Shown piece by piece: positions 63,801 to 64,000 of a stretch of 64,000 bases of DNA; the first letter of the stretch is position 1; every line of letters starts with the position of its first letter. Source of the DNA: Macrostomum hystrix. Lineage: Eukaryota; Animalia; Platyhelminthes. The stretch lies in NCBI GenBank assembly GCA_950097015.1, contig CATNEN010000038.1, forward strand, positions 19,592,001-19,656,000, in the 5' to 3' direction. The notes below the pieces were generated by a model. That model did not search any database. It was not told where the DNA came from and saw only the letters and a program-made list of their open reading frames with translations. A program made the translations under genes and the position numbers.

Positions 63801-63900
63801 TTTGCACGTGCTTCTCACAGTGTGAGGCGAATTGCGGAGAACGATAATTTGCACGTGCTTCTCACAGTGTGAGGCGAATTGCGAAGAAAAAGATAATTTG
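63801..63900. repeat. ~47-bp tandem duplication
   Basis: tttgcacgtgcttctcacagtgtgaggcgaattgcg occurs twice. Confidence 0.85.
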
Positions 63901-64000
63901 GACTACAAAAAACACGCTTCGTTATATAGAGTCATTTTAACCCCAAATTAGGTCGATCGGCGAGGTGGATGCCTGGCTGTAGCTTGAGCCAAGGCGACAA

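Overview
Eukaryotic (metazoan) genomic DNA with GC-rich exons and long introns packed with minisatellites, tRNA-derived SINEs and DNA-transposon remnants. The style resembles a free-living flatworm such as Macrostomum (inference only). Genes were reconstructed by hand from GT-AG sites and reading-frame phase. (1) The 3' half of MON2 (+, 7 exons 1682-31727, plus a candidate 174-nt cassette exon at 30567-30740). (2) A 2-exon myosuppressin/DMSR-type GPCR nested antisense inside a 14.3-kb MON2 intron. (3) A 3-coding-exon orphan gene (-, 33002-34892). (4) A 5-exon orphan Cys-rich type I membrane protein (+, 36730-39676), only partly visible in the ORF track. (5) A 2-exon galanin/allatostatin-receptor-like GPCR (-). 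(6) A 4-exon DEG/ENaC channel (-, 46452-59105) with unusual substitutions at conserved pore and gating motifs. Mobile DNA includes three SINE families, a hAT MITE, deleted mariner, Tc1 and Harbinger elements, and an unclassified dispersed repeat. Most long ORFs in the track are artefacts of tandem repeats. There is no CRISPR array, rRNA or intact tRNA.
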